The notes under the pieces: generated by a model
Seen by the model: the letters and a program-made list of their open reading frames with translations, nothing else
Told to the model about the DNA's origin: nothing
The model's database searches: none
Shown here: positions 12,869-25,339 of the stretch, in pieces
How the letters are laid out: each line of letters starts with the position of its first letter
Numbering within the stretch: the stretch's first letter is position 1
Made by a program: the position numbers and the translations under genes
NCBI GenBank assembly: GCA_028534125.1
Contig: CM052816.1
Coordinates: 75,208,001 to 75,272,000 of the forward strand
Direction of reading: 5' to 3'
DNA from: Lama glama
Lineage: Eukaryota
DNA length: 64,000 bases

Positions 12869-13114
12869 AAAGGGGTCATTTTGTAGGTTGGGCACAGTTC
12901 CCATCTGATGCCTTGTTTTCTCTGACTATTGGCAGTGTGAGATCAGTTACTGACAGCAGAATAGAGTTGGGGTTTTGAGATCATTAGCAAAATTCTGAAA
13001 TAACTGCTGGTTGGGGCAATGTCTGATTTCAAAATCTAAATCTTGTACTTTGCTAGAATAGTTTTGTGCAAAGAAGGGAAAGGAACTCACATCTATTAAA
13101 AGTCTAATGTCGTG

Positions 13115-13260
13115 TCTCTCAAGGAATCCTCTTTGGAAATTTGACATAGAATTACCTGCGGTATTTGCTAATAGATGTGGATTTTCAGACTCCTCCTCAA
13201 ACCTTTGAATCAGAACTTCTGAGTGCTTTGCTTTTTCAATCAAGATCCTACCCCCATGTG
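13115..13260. mobile_element. MER5-type fragment
   Basis: agaattacctg...gattttcagactcc...tgaatcagaacttctg. Confidence 0.55.
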
Positions 13261-15279
13261 TCTGCATTAGAGCCCACACTTCCCCACTATGCGATTCTGC
13301 CTCAAGCATCAACAGCAAAACAAAAGTGTGGATTAAATTCTTCTAGTACATTACCTAATTGGCACCATCTGTGAAAAGATCTAAAATACTCCTGAGGTTC
13401 AATTGGAAAATGAAATATCTGAAGATTGACTATTTTGCATGGAAACTTAAGGACTCTAAGTTAAAGGGAAGCAGGCATATGACTCTGCTGTAGTCACGGG
13501 AATCTGTGGTGGATTTGGAATAAGGAGGAGCTTCTTTGAAATGTATCATATTTTTTTTTCAGTGGCATGCCACAAAAGAGATATACTGGAGATATTTTCC
13601 GGGGCTTTTGCTGGAACCAATTGGAAACAAGCTCCTTTTGCTTTGTAAGTTGATAAACTAAAATTCTTTCAAACTGTGAATGAGATCCAGATTGGCTCCT
13701 TCTGCAGGTCATTGTTTTATCTTACTAGAACATGACACGTTTAGTGCAACTGTGTAGGCTATTCCATTATTTCACAAAATTGTGCCTGTTATGTAGACCA
13801 TGTTTCAGTTCAAATGAGGTTCACTTACCTGCCCATTGTTCCAACTATGTACTGCCAGCACTGTGAACTGAGATTCTGCACTAAATCCTTGATACAGGCT
13901 ATCCCTTGACCAGCAAGCCAGCTGGAGGCAGCACAGGCATGATTATGATTATTCCTCCAACCAGTGAGAAGCTCTAAGACAGGGCTTGGTGAGATCCTTG
14001 AGCTGTGTTCTGAGGACAGAAGAAACTCCTGTGTGTGCCTCTTGGAAAGGAGGTCTATTGGGTCCTCATGGGCTCCCACTGATGCTAGCTTATGTGTGTT
14101 TCAAGTGGTACCAGTTGGTTGCCATTGATTAATTTTATTCTAATATTTAAAGCTTAAGAAAAGATTCTCTTTTTGTTTAATACCTGGAAATTCAAGCCAA
14201 TCATGAGAATTTGAGTGCTGGAATATTGTTTAGATTACCAGAGGAAAGTGATCTATATTAACTCTGCAAAAAAAAAAAAGTGCCTGTTCTGAACTTATTA
14301 AAAGTTCAAATCAAAAGTATGAAACATTGTCAAAATTTAAGAAATTTTAAAAATGGTTCTATGTGCAAATTGGGATTTATAGGATGCTCTTTCGAAGGTA
14401 AACTTCCTGTGTGATATGACTCTGATCTTCTGAAACATTTGATGTATGCTGAATTGCACTTTAATTCTCTTGTGTACTGTTGGGTTAAAAGCACAATCAG
14501 AGCTCTATAAACCGTATGTGAATTTTTTACCACAAATTTGAAATATTGATTTTACTCAATGCCCTCTCCTCTCTCCATAAAACTGCTGGCAGGGGCTGTG
14601 TGCCCATTAAATATCAGTCTAGGCAAAGCATAGACGGAAAAAAAATTACATCCATTATAAAAAAAATCATCCATTATAATATGGTCCCCAATTATTATCC
14701 AAGTAGTAGATTGTGCATTATCTATGCCAAGGCTCAGCTCCTTTCAGCATGGAAAATTGAGAGAGGACTAGACAGCCAAAATTATAGTGTTTACAAAAGG
14801 ACGACTTTATGAGCCAGAAAGAAGCTGCCCTAAATTCCTGCCAATGGCAGAAAAGAATGCCATCTTCCAAAGCTCAGCCATAAGGTTCCATCTGCCAGGT
14901 GATATTGCAGTACCAAGGAACAGATGATTCCATGGTCTGCCCTGATTTCCCCCACCCGACAGGGAGTCTAACATATAGGATGTAACAGGAGGAAAGGCTG
15001 AGAACTCCGGTACTGAATACAACCTGCCTGTCCAAAGATATCACAAGGTCAACACCCTGCTGATAAATGTCCTCTGAAAGAAGTAAGACATTTCACAGTA
15101 ACTTTCTTAAGAAAACACATAAACGAGCTGGCAGGGTCATAGGGAGGAGGAAACTCTTGGCTGAAAACAAGTCTTGAGACTCCTCTTGGACTCTTATCTT
15201 TAAGAACACAAGCTCTCTCTGTCTTATGAATGTCCAGTTTGGGGTCATTCCATATTATGTATTAGAACAGGTAGCTCAT

Positions 15280-15813
15280 TGTTTATCTATTATATACAGC
15301 AGTTAGTATCTGCAAATCCCAAACTCACAGTTTATCCTTCCCTACCTTTTTCCCCTCCCTGGTAACCATAAGTTTGTTTTCTATGTAAATCTGTTTCTGT
15401 TTTGTAAATAAGTTCATCTGTGTTGTTTTCTTAGATTCCACACATCATAGATATCATATGGTATTTTTCTTTCTCTTTCTGGCTTACTTCACTTAATCCA
15501 TGTTGCTGCAAATAGCATTATTTCATTCCTTTTTATGGCCAAGTAGTATTCCATTGTGTATATATACCACATCTTCTTTATTCAATCATCTGTTGATGGA
15601 CATTTAGGTTGCTTCCATGTCTTGGCTGTTGTAAATAGTGCTGCTATGAACATTGGGGTGCATGTATATTTTCAAATTAGAATTTCCTCTGGATATATGC
15701 TCAGGAGTGGGATTGCTGGATCACTAACACAGCATTGTAAATAGACTATATTTCAATTTAAAAAGTTAAAAAATTTTAAATAAAAGAAAATAATGTTACA
15801 GAGGAAAAGAAAA
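15280..15813 (+). mobile_element. Young L1 with 5' inversion (twin priming) and TSD
   Basis: 15280-~15722 is minus-strand L1. From ~15723 the plus-strand L1 terminus (actaacacagcattgtaaatagactatatttcaat) and an A-rich tail follow. 16-bp TSD aga(a/g)caggtagctcat at 15264-15279 and 15814-15829. Confidence 0.93.
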
Positions 15814-16319
15814 AGAGCAGGTAGCTCATGCTGGGTGACGGCAGTGGGAAGGAGAGTTGGTCTTGACACTGAATTAGAAACAGAATGAGTCAGATCAAAA
15901 CAGAGGCATGGAAACAACAGACCCCAATCAAGTAGAGAGGAATAAAGAGTATTTTTAGCAGTGGGGAGTCAAACACCACATCAGTGATATTTTGTAAGAA
16001 GTAATGAGTTAACATGTCTAGGTATTATGCCATACAAACTGGGATTTGGGCCAGGACTCCAGATTCCAGGAGAATTGTTGGAGAGGAAGATAAAAATCTC
16101 AGTACCAAGGAAGCCAAGGTAGCTATCAGACACAGGGAAATAACACAATAATGTTTCCAAGGGCAGGGAGAATGACTTTGTCAATTTTGGTTCCCATTTT
16201 CTAGCTCAGAGCCTGATGAATGGGGAGTGCATTTGAAACTACTCGTTACTCTACTCACCTTTTTTTGAACACTGGCTCTCATTGGTTTCTGTGTCAGTGA
16301 CTTATACTGCAATCCTGAG

Positions 16320-17170
16320 CCTTCTCTTTGTTCCTTGCCTTGGTGAATGGCATCAATCTTCCCCAAAACTTTAATCACTAGTTGGGTGGCAGCCTTTCCT
16401 CTTTCATCTCCCTCACCATCTACATCCAATCACCATTTCCAGTTGACTTGTCCTTCTGAATAGCTTTCAAAACTACTGCCCACTTTTTTCTATTCAGGCT
16501 TCCCTATTCAGGCCACCTTGACTTTTTACCAATATTACTGCTTAATCTGCTAACTAGTCTCCTTGCCTCCAGCTTTGCTGTCATCCACTGCATTCCTTCC
16601 ATTGCAGCCAGGCGATCTATTTGGAATTACACATCTAATTAAGTCTTTTCTTTGCTTGAATCCTTCAGTTCTCAGCCTCGGATTCCCTGATTTTTTTTTA
16701 AGTCCTGATTTTTTGAAGTGATTATTAGGCTTTTATTGATTTGGCTCCTGATTACTTCTCCAGCCTTCTCTTGCCACTATTTTTTCTTTACAAATCCTTC
16801 AGTCCTTTTCAACTTTATTCTAGAAGCAGATTGACACCATACTGTCTATAAAAACTTCAGTCCTTTGCAAATTTTTTCCTCTGCCTTAAATACTCTTCCT
16901 CTCTCGGTCTGGCTAGCTCCTACTCCTCTTGTAGGTTACCCTTTAATATCACCTCTTCTGGAACGTGTTGTCGCTCAAATACCCTGTTGTAGAACTTGTC
17001 AGAGGTTATGGCGATTGCTTTTTACTTTCTTATATTATCTATTGGAATGTAATCTACATAAGGGTAGAAATGATCTGTCTACCTTGCTTATCATTATATT
17101 CCCAGGCCATGGGACTATTCCTGGCACATTATTCCCTCCCAGTGCTTAATAAATCAATGTAGGCTTATTG
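16320..17170 (+). mobile_element. L2 3' region
   Basis: gtgaatggcatca...catccaatca...ctagtctccttgcctcc...cagccagg...cctggcacat...gtgcttaataaat. Confidence 0.8.
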
Positions 17171-17282
17171 AACTCACTTGATGAAATTCGTAGCAGTGGA
17201 TTTTGAAAGTAGTTTGAGCTTGAAAACAAGGCAAGACCCCAAAGTTGAGGGTGTAGCCCTTTTATGAATCCTAGAAGAACAA

Positions 17283-17832
17283 TGTGGTAGGACTAAGAAT
17301 GGCTGAAATTCTTCGACATTCTTCCCATGGAAAGATGAAGGTCTGCTTCCTCTCCCTTTGCATCTGGGCTGGCCTGTGTCAATATGACTGATAGAATTTG
17401 ATAGAAGGGATGTTCTGTCAGTTTGGACTTAGCATTTGAAAGGATAGGCAGCTTCTACTTTATTCTCTTGGGGTCCTGAGATGCCGTGTAAGAAGTCCAA
17501 CTACTCTATTGGAGGAATGGAGAGAGGCTCTGAGGCTACATGGAGAGGGAGAAGGACCCAGCTGAGTAAGACCTTGCAATTATTCTTGCTGAGGTTTCAG
17601 GTATGTGAGTGAAGCCCTCAGGGATGTTCTAGAAGGCAAGGAACCAAGCTACCAGGCACAAGTGTTGCTAGGAGACTTCAAGTGAGCAGAAGAATTGCTC
17701 AGTAGAAACTTACCCAAATTCCTGACTTCCTAGAATCATACGATATAGTAGAGTGGTTTTTTTTATTCACATGCAACTTATGGTTGCTAATTTTAAGGGT
17801 GGTTTGTAATACAGCAGTAGATAACCAGAACA
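17283..17832 (+). mobile_element. MaLR solo LTR (MLT1G/H-like)
   Basis: TG...CA termini: tgtggtagg...aaattcttcgacattcttccca...ggtttgtaatacagcagtagataaccagaaca. Confidence 0.85.
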
Positions 17833-18206
17833 CTCAATGCTCCCTTTTCATTGGCTGTTAGAGATGCACAGGGAAGGGAGAGTCTGAATCCTGTCATGTT
17901 CTCTCTGCAGTGGCTGTGGCTTTAGGCTTGGAGCTTGGGTGGGAAGACGTGTGGTTGGAGTCTTGAGTTTCAGCTTAGAGTCCATTTTCCCATCAATTCC
18001 CTTTGTGGTTGAGTTTCCAGGCCAACCCTCAAAAACCTACTAAGCTTACATATATTTTAAAAGATTACTTTTTCAGCTCACATAAACAAGTATTTGGAAC
18101 CTGGCGTATTTGGAAATGGAATTGACTGGAGAGAAAGAGTCTCATACATGTTAAGAACTGGCAAAAAAATCATACTCAGGGGTATGACTTAAAATTAAAC
18201 CTGCAA

Positions 18207-18719
18207 GAAGAATGGATAAAAGAATGGAGATACACACACAAAATGGAATATTACTCGGCCATAAAAAGAATGAAATAATGCCATTTGCAGCAATATGGAT
18301 GGACCTAGAGATTATCATATTAAGTGAAGTAAGTCAGACAAAGACAAACATCATACGGTGTCACTTACATGTGGAATCTTAAAAAAAAAAAGGCACAGTT
18401 TTATTTACAAACTGGAAATAGACTCACAGACATAGAAAATAAACTGTGGTTACCAGAGGGGAAAAGAAAGGGACAGACAGATTAAGAGTTTGGGATTAAC
18501 AGACACCCAATACTGTACATAAAATAGATGAACAACAAGGACTTACTCTATAGCACAGGAAACTATTCAATTTCTTGTAATGAGCTGTAATGGAAAATAA
18601 TTTGAATATATATATATTGAATATATATATATATGTATATATATAACTGAATTACTTTACTGTACACCTAAAACTAACATTGTAAATTGACTACACATCA
18701 ATAAAAGTAAGAATTAAAA
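18207..18719 (+). mobile_element. Young L1 3' end with TSD
   Basis: gaatggataaa...aatggaatattactcggccataaaaag...ctacacatcaataaaa. Imperfect TSD aaaatta(aa/g)cctgcaa at 18191-18206 and 18720-18734. Confidence 0.93.
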
Positions 18720-19330
18720 AAAATTAGCCTGCAAAAAGAGGTTGACAATTGAAGTGGTTGTGGGATGGAGAGTTGTGGAGGCTTTAGTTACCTGTCCTTG
18801 CAACCTGTTTCATTCTATCCTAGACTCTGGGGGGCAAACAGACCCCTAGGCAGAGTGAACGCAGTGGCTAACAGAGCTATAGCAGTGGGTCTTTTGAGCC
18901 TACTAGGACTCTGGTGTGCCAACTCCTTATTACTCGTGGTTCATTTTCTGTGCCAACTCATTACCTGGTAGCCCAGTCCCCAGAGATCAAATCTGAGACA
19001 CCTGATGCCACATGTCTCTTATCTGTCTTGGGCCTCTGCCGTTCCTCTGATTCGTAGAGCTCTGGAGATTGCCTGGCCTACTTTTACTTACAACAGCATC
19101 CTGAGTTTTGGACTTTTCCTCTCTCGTCCTTGCATTCTATTTTCCTCTCCAGTTGTTACCACCACCTCCCCAACCCTCCAAAAGGGTACATCTCCAGGGT
19201 TCCACTGTGCCTAAGGTTTATGCTCAACTTTGTTCCCAGAATCTCACCTTTTTGTATTCATCAAGATTATGTCAGGTTGTAAGAAACACACATCCAACTA
19301 AATCCCGTATCATCTAAAAAGGGAATTTAT

Positions 19331-19400
19331 TATATTATTATTATTATTATTATTAATTTTTACACAGCAGAATTAATTAATTAATTAATTAATTAATTAA
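19331..19400. repeat. Compound (TTA)n and (TTAA)n microsatellite
   Basis: tattattatt... followed by aattaattaattaatt... Confidence 0.9.
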
Positions 19401-21552
19401 TGGGACTGTCCTTGAGGGGAACTGGATCATGGGAGTAATCCAAAAGATTATCTCCAAATTGCTTACATCTGCTTTTCTCATTCCCTTTCACTACAAATGT
19501 GTCAGGAAACAAAGCTACAGAGTTCAGGGCTCATATCCTTTCAGTAGGAAACCAGAGAAGGAGGACTAGTTTCCTTCCTGGTGTCACTGCATGTGCCCAA
19601 ACTGGAGCGATCACTGCAGGGTGGAGCACTGTGGCTGCCTCCGCGTGATGAGACAGGGGCCTGTTAACAGCCTCTACACATGTGCAAGGCCTCGGAGGCA
19701 AGGGGTGTGAGTTAACAAGACATCCCAGCTTGCACCTGCAATTCTCGCCTGATTCTCTGGGTCAGCTGAGATTGTCCGTTCACAAGTGACCTGAGGACAT
19801 AAGGTGAGAGAGACTGTGGAGTGCTCAGGAATGAACATGGGAGATCAGGGATGGGGCAGGGCAGGAGCTGGTCCAGCTGACACACACCCACGTTCAGAGA
19901 CAATGGGGCAAACGGGAAGAGCAACAAGGACTCTTCTCACAGAGACCCAGATCTTGAAAATAGGGTCATTTATAGAGATTTATTAGGAACAAAACATCAA
20001 AAACAAGCACCTGAAGACTGGGCAAACTTGAAATTGAGTTGTTTATTGCTGATGTTAGAATAGTTACTTTCCGCGTGTAATTCTTTTTCATTTGAATTGT
20101 GTTTGTTTATCTATATTGTACCCCAAAGGTACTAGCTGGACTTCATTCAAACTGTTAGCAGACTCAGGCAAGAGGGCTGTAACTTGCAATAGCCTCTGAA
20201 TGAAGATGAATATGTTTTCCTTTTTCTATCAAGTAGTTTAAGAGATGTGAAGTTGTTTTAAAAATAACCAAGAAATAATGAAGGGAAGGCAAATATTTAA
20301 GAAATCTCTTTTACAGGAAGGAAATTAAATATTTTGAATGGATAGCCTAATTACCTTATTTAAGAATTTTTTTTTTACTAAAAAAACACAACATACATGT
20401 TTAAATGAATTAGAAGTTAAGAAGTTGCAAAATGGTTTAAAGAAACAATGGAGATATTTCATTTTGCAACAAATTAGAATACTTGGATCTACTTTGTTGG
20501 ATAATTTGCATACTGCATCACTAACTTGATTGTCTAGCATATCCTCATCACCACTAAAGCTTAAGAACTTTATAGGTCTTCACTGGTAAGATGACTGATT
20601 TTGGAAATCATCTCTAAAATCTTGGAAGAGTTCTACGTTTGCAGATATTAAGACAAATATTTAGTTTGTACATATTAAGACAGATCTTGCTTTGCTAACA
20701 AGTTCTTCTAAGACTGAAGTGACTTTCCTATTTCTTATCTTGATTTCAGTTATAAATCAGGGAAAGAAAAGTTTGAGATTTGACATGAGAGAACATTCTT
20801 TTTGTGGAAGTATTTTTGTCTTCACAGAAGGCAAGGGCAGTATAGTTGATGTTATTCACAAGACCTGGCTCAGTATTTATTGAACTCTCCTCTATTTATG
20901 ACAAATTGACTTTCCAGAGAAGTTTGGATTTCAAATATGTAGTTCCAGTGAGAGCACTCAGCCAGGACAGACCACGTGTCTGGGCTTAGAGTTCAGAAAG
21001 CACAGGCATTACATGCAGACAGCAAGAGTAGTGTAGATTTTACCAATTTTCCAATTTTCCCTTGGAAAATTTAGTTCAAATTGGCTGGAATGGGGAAACT
21101 GTCACACAGTGAAAAGTGACTTAAAGAACACCAGGAACATGCTTAAAATGGACACAACAGTTAGAACCTGAGCCACATCCAGAATTCAGCTGATTAAAAT
21201 GCAGATTGGACTAGGAAAAAAAAGCATTGTAAATCGCAGTTCTCACTGTGTGAGAAATTCACAAATTTGTCATCCTGAAAGGCACACATGTTGAAAGGTA
21301 ATTTAGAATGTCTGTGCGTGTGCTGGACATCTCAAAAATAGATGCATGGAAACAGGTGATGAAAGGCAGTAAGAAGGCAGCCTCTTCTAGGCAGTCAAGT
21401 GATAAGAACTGGGTGAGGGATAACTGCTGTGATACAGAGCCACCTCCTGTGATAGGTGGATAGCAAAACGAGAAGCACTGTTCCCAGAGGGGCAGGGAAG
21501 CATTTGCTTTCCCTTAGGCTTCCTTCTCACTTGGTTTGACTATACAAAAGGA

Positions 21553-22163
21553 TGTAGTGGGTTGAATAATGTCCCCTGTTCACTCCCAATCCATGTCCAG
21601 CCAGAACCTCAAAATGTAACCTTACTTAGAAATATGGCCTTTGCTGGTATAATTAATTAAGGACTTCAAGATGAAATCATCCAAGATTTGGAGAGTCAAC
21701 GACTAGTGTCCTTATAAAAAGAGAGGACACACATGGACCCAGGGAAGACAAGGACAGAAATTGGAGTGATGCTACCACACACCAAGGAGTGCCAGGAGCC
21801 ACTGAACGCCGGAAGGTGCAAGGAAGGATCCTCTTCTAGAGCTTTCAACAAGTGTGGACCTGCTGACATCTTTTTTTAAAAAATTAATTTTTATTCTTAT
21901 TGAAGTGTAGTTGATTTATAATGCTAGTTTCAGGTGTAAAACAAAGCTATTCAATTATTCATTATATATATGTATATATATATAAAAAAGTTTTCAGATT
22001 CTTTTCCATTACAGCTCATCATGACATTAAATATAGTTCCCTGGACCTGCTGATACCTTGATTTCAGACTTCTGGCTTCCAGCACTGGGAGAAAATAAAT
22101 TTTGATTGTTTTAAGACACCAAGTTTGTACTAATTTGTACAGTAGCTCTAGGAAATGAATACG
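21553..22163 (+). mobile_element. MaLR solo LTR (MLT1C-like) interrupted by an L1
   Basis: tgtagtgggttgaataatgtcccc...ccagaacctcaaaatgtaacctt...ccttgatttcagacttctgg...ctaggaaatgaatac. Confidence 0.9.
21873..22041 (-). mobile_element. Very short young L1 3' end nested in MLT1
   Basis: ttattgaagtgtagttgattt...aatatagttccc. 18-bp TSD tggacctgctga(cat/tac)ctt at 21855-21872 and 22042-22059. Confidence 0.93.
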
Positions 22164-25100
22164 GAGAGCAAACAGCTTAATAAAACTGTCTAAGACAGTA
22201 GCAAATCCCCATGAGGCCACTCCATCCAACCACATATGGGTGGACTTTCTCAGTCATTGAAAACACCTCATTTGTTAGCAGAGAGGGACCCAGAGCAGAT
22301 TAATTCAGATAACCACTGCTTGGACGGGGTGAACCTTGCCAAGTGAAAATTTCTTACAGCCACATTTTTTAAAAAATTGCATCTGTGTGGGGAGTGGTAT
22401 ATGAAGAAATACTAATAAGTAAATTGTGTATCAATTCTCTAGCTGGGATCTGGCACACAAGTAAATTTTGGTGGGGCTTAAAAGAATATGCAGTATGTTT
22501 GATGGCCTGAGTGGTGAGCGGAGGGAAAATCTAGCATTGGAAGTTCTCATTATATAAACCTAGTGCTGCAGGCACACACACGGCTGGAGCTCCCAAGAGT
22601 GGGCGGCTTTGAAAGAAAGGGAAAGAAACCTAATATGAGTATTGAGTAACACATGTAAAATGTCTAACAAAATGCCTGAAACAAGATAAATATGACAGAT
22701 ATTTAATAAATACAAATTTCCATCCTTCTCCACTTCTCACGTTGTGAACCATAGATCAGCCCTACAGGATTACATGTTTTATATATGAAATACTTTTGGA
22801 GCTACACCCTGTTTGGTTCAAGGCCAGAGTAGAGTCCTATCTAAACAAGTCAAACCCAAATACATATTTTAAATTCTTCTGTGTGCTTCTATTCTCCTCT
22901 TCCTTAAAACTAGGACTCTTATTCTTCTACCCCAAAGCACATTGTCATCCATTCTATCCCATCCCTATCATCTTAGTTTTAAGACCAACTCACTTGTCTA
23001 CACCATCTGCAGCCCCCACGACATGTTCCTGACACTTCAGTTCCCCCAGATGTAGCCAGGCCTCCAGGAGTATAGTGTTTCTTTCTGTGCTATTTTCTCA
23101 AGAAACTGTACATGCGGGAAATTTCATCCTTTCTCTCCTTGAAGAAGCGGAAAAGAAGTAAAAAAATCAGGCAAAAGAAGTGAGGAAAAGACTGCAGACC
23201 TCTCCACAATGAATTATTTCATTTAACTATATGTGGTCTGGTGAAACTGTCTACATTTGACTTTCCCGAGTAGCACATATCTGTTTCCATTTCATGGCAT
23301 TTAAAAGAACATGAAAATTTTATTTTCAAACTATCAGACAAAATTACCTGATGGTGTGTGGTAGCTGACGTATGCTATCGTTGGGGAAACAAGAGTGAAA
23401 TGAAAAATATGCCTAGAAAAGATTTACCAGGGGAAAAATGGGCATGTTGTTTTATTTCCCTCTGCCCATCATTCTTGCTGTACTTCATCAACTCCCAGTG
23501 ATTCGTTAAGGCCTCCCCCCCTTTGACATTGTTATCCTGCTGAGGACTCTTTTCTGTCTCCCAGAAAAGTAATCTCTTTATCATTGTGACCCTACATCAA
23601 TGATTACACAGTTATTTCTGTGTTAATACTTGGTTAATTGTTGATGCATCTGTGCCCCTACCAGACTGTTGGCCCCTTATGAATCAGGACCCTTATCCTC
23701 AGAGTCAAGTCCACACTGAGTACGTATTCTCTACATATTGAATACAGTTAGAATATTTCTGTACTCAGCTATTGTACTTCCCCGTGTACTTTAAACCTTT
23801 AGGAAACAAGGGGGTCTACCTGATTCCAAGAAGGGTAATATCTTAACTCATTGATTATGGGTTTTCTCTTCAGTGGGTTTTGACATGCGGCCTTTGATTA
23901 AATAGTACGATGAAGGAAGTGGCCTTTGGGTGGCTGTTTTATTTCATGGTCCAAACAACCAGACATTTGTTACTTTCTTAGGACTGCCCTGGTACCTGCC
24001 AGCTATACATGAACAGCTTCTCCTAAGAGACAAGAAGAGCTCAGAGGCGATGAGGAGACTGTGCGGAGCATGAATTCAGTAACAGACCATGGCAATAAAC
24101 TTGAAATGTAGCCACTAGAAAAAGGCAACAACCTCTGGCCCCTTTACGCTCAAATCCTCCCCGTTTTTTTCTCAAGGACCACCCACATCTAGCCTGGGGC
24201 CACTCATTTTGGACCAAGAACTTATTTTGATTGGCCTTCCAAAGTTCCTTTTTGCCCCAGAGGCTGACTTTGTACGATGTACATGATTAAAATTGTCTGA
24301 GATTTTTGCCCTAGGAGACCATGAGGCACAAGAGGACAATACTGAAGAGGAGTGACAGGAATTGAGAAACTACTCTTGGTGAACCAGATGGAGTGGAAAG
24401 ACAAGCAAACTTTGAAACTGGAAACCCATCCTCCGGATGCAGAGGAACCTGGGAAAAGTGAGACTCCGTGGAAGAATGTCTTGCTTATTCTTAGCCAAAA
24501 TGTGTGTTTGCTGTTAATGTCGACAGTATAGGCATGACTTTGTCTCCAACTGGAACAGTTGTAAGTTTGCTTCAAGCTGTATTATCTTTAACAAATACTC
24601 CCTTAGTTACCTGCCGCTCTGTCATTAACATGGATGAGGGCTACCCATCGGCATGCAGGACTGAGTGGTCCGAGTACTGACCTCAGAGGGACACACACTG
24701 ACTGTTGCCAGAATAGTCTACACATGTGTTCTCTCACCTAAAAAAGATAACAATGGGTTATTTAAGTTTTGATGGTCTCCAGACGGCAGGATAAAAGTGC
24801 AGGTGCTATATTACGGTCATAATAATAATAACAATTATTGTTTCTATTAACAACAATAACCTCAGAAAGCTAAAGAATTTGAAAAGTGAAATGTAGTGGA
24901 AGCTGAAATTGCTGGAAGAAAAATTAAGCACATTATCATTTGTCTCCCCTTTAATCCTTCTCTGGAGGAAACAGAGGGGCAGAAATTTCAGGCCAACCTT
25001 TTTGTCAACAGTAGTTGACAAAACACAGAAAGTGCATCAGATGACTTCGCTTCCTTTCCCTTGAGCTAAAAAGGTGAAACTGTTTTGGACATTTTATCCC

Positions 25101-25339
25101 TTCAAAGAACCAGACCCTCTATTGCCTGCTAAGAACCTTTGGAATCCACAGCTTTGCAAAAGAGATTAGCTTAAAAGAAAACATTATTATCTGGCTTCAC
25201 AGAGACTTTCAGCTTTGCTTCAAGTCATATGTTTTTTTTCCCCCTAAAAAATAAACACAAAGAGCAGAAAAGCAGATTTTTAGAAGGTCAAATGCAATGC
25301 TAAAGGCAGAATATGTGAACTTTGAATCTAACTTGCATA

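Noticed and set aside
19331..19400. CRISPR-like or other prokaryotic repeat arrays, here or anywhere in the window
   Set aside because: Only simple microsatellites are present, with no repeat-spacer structure. The sequence is clearly mammalian.
20645..20681. Direct repeat atattaagaca x2
   Set aside because: Short AT-rich local duplication with no supporting structure.
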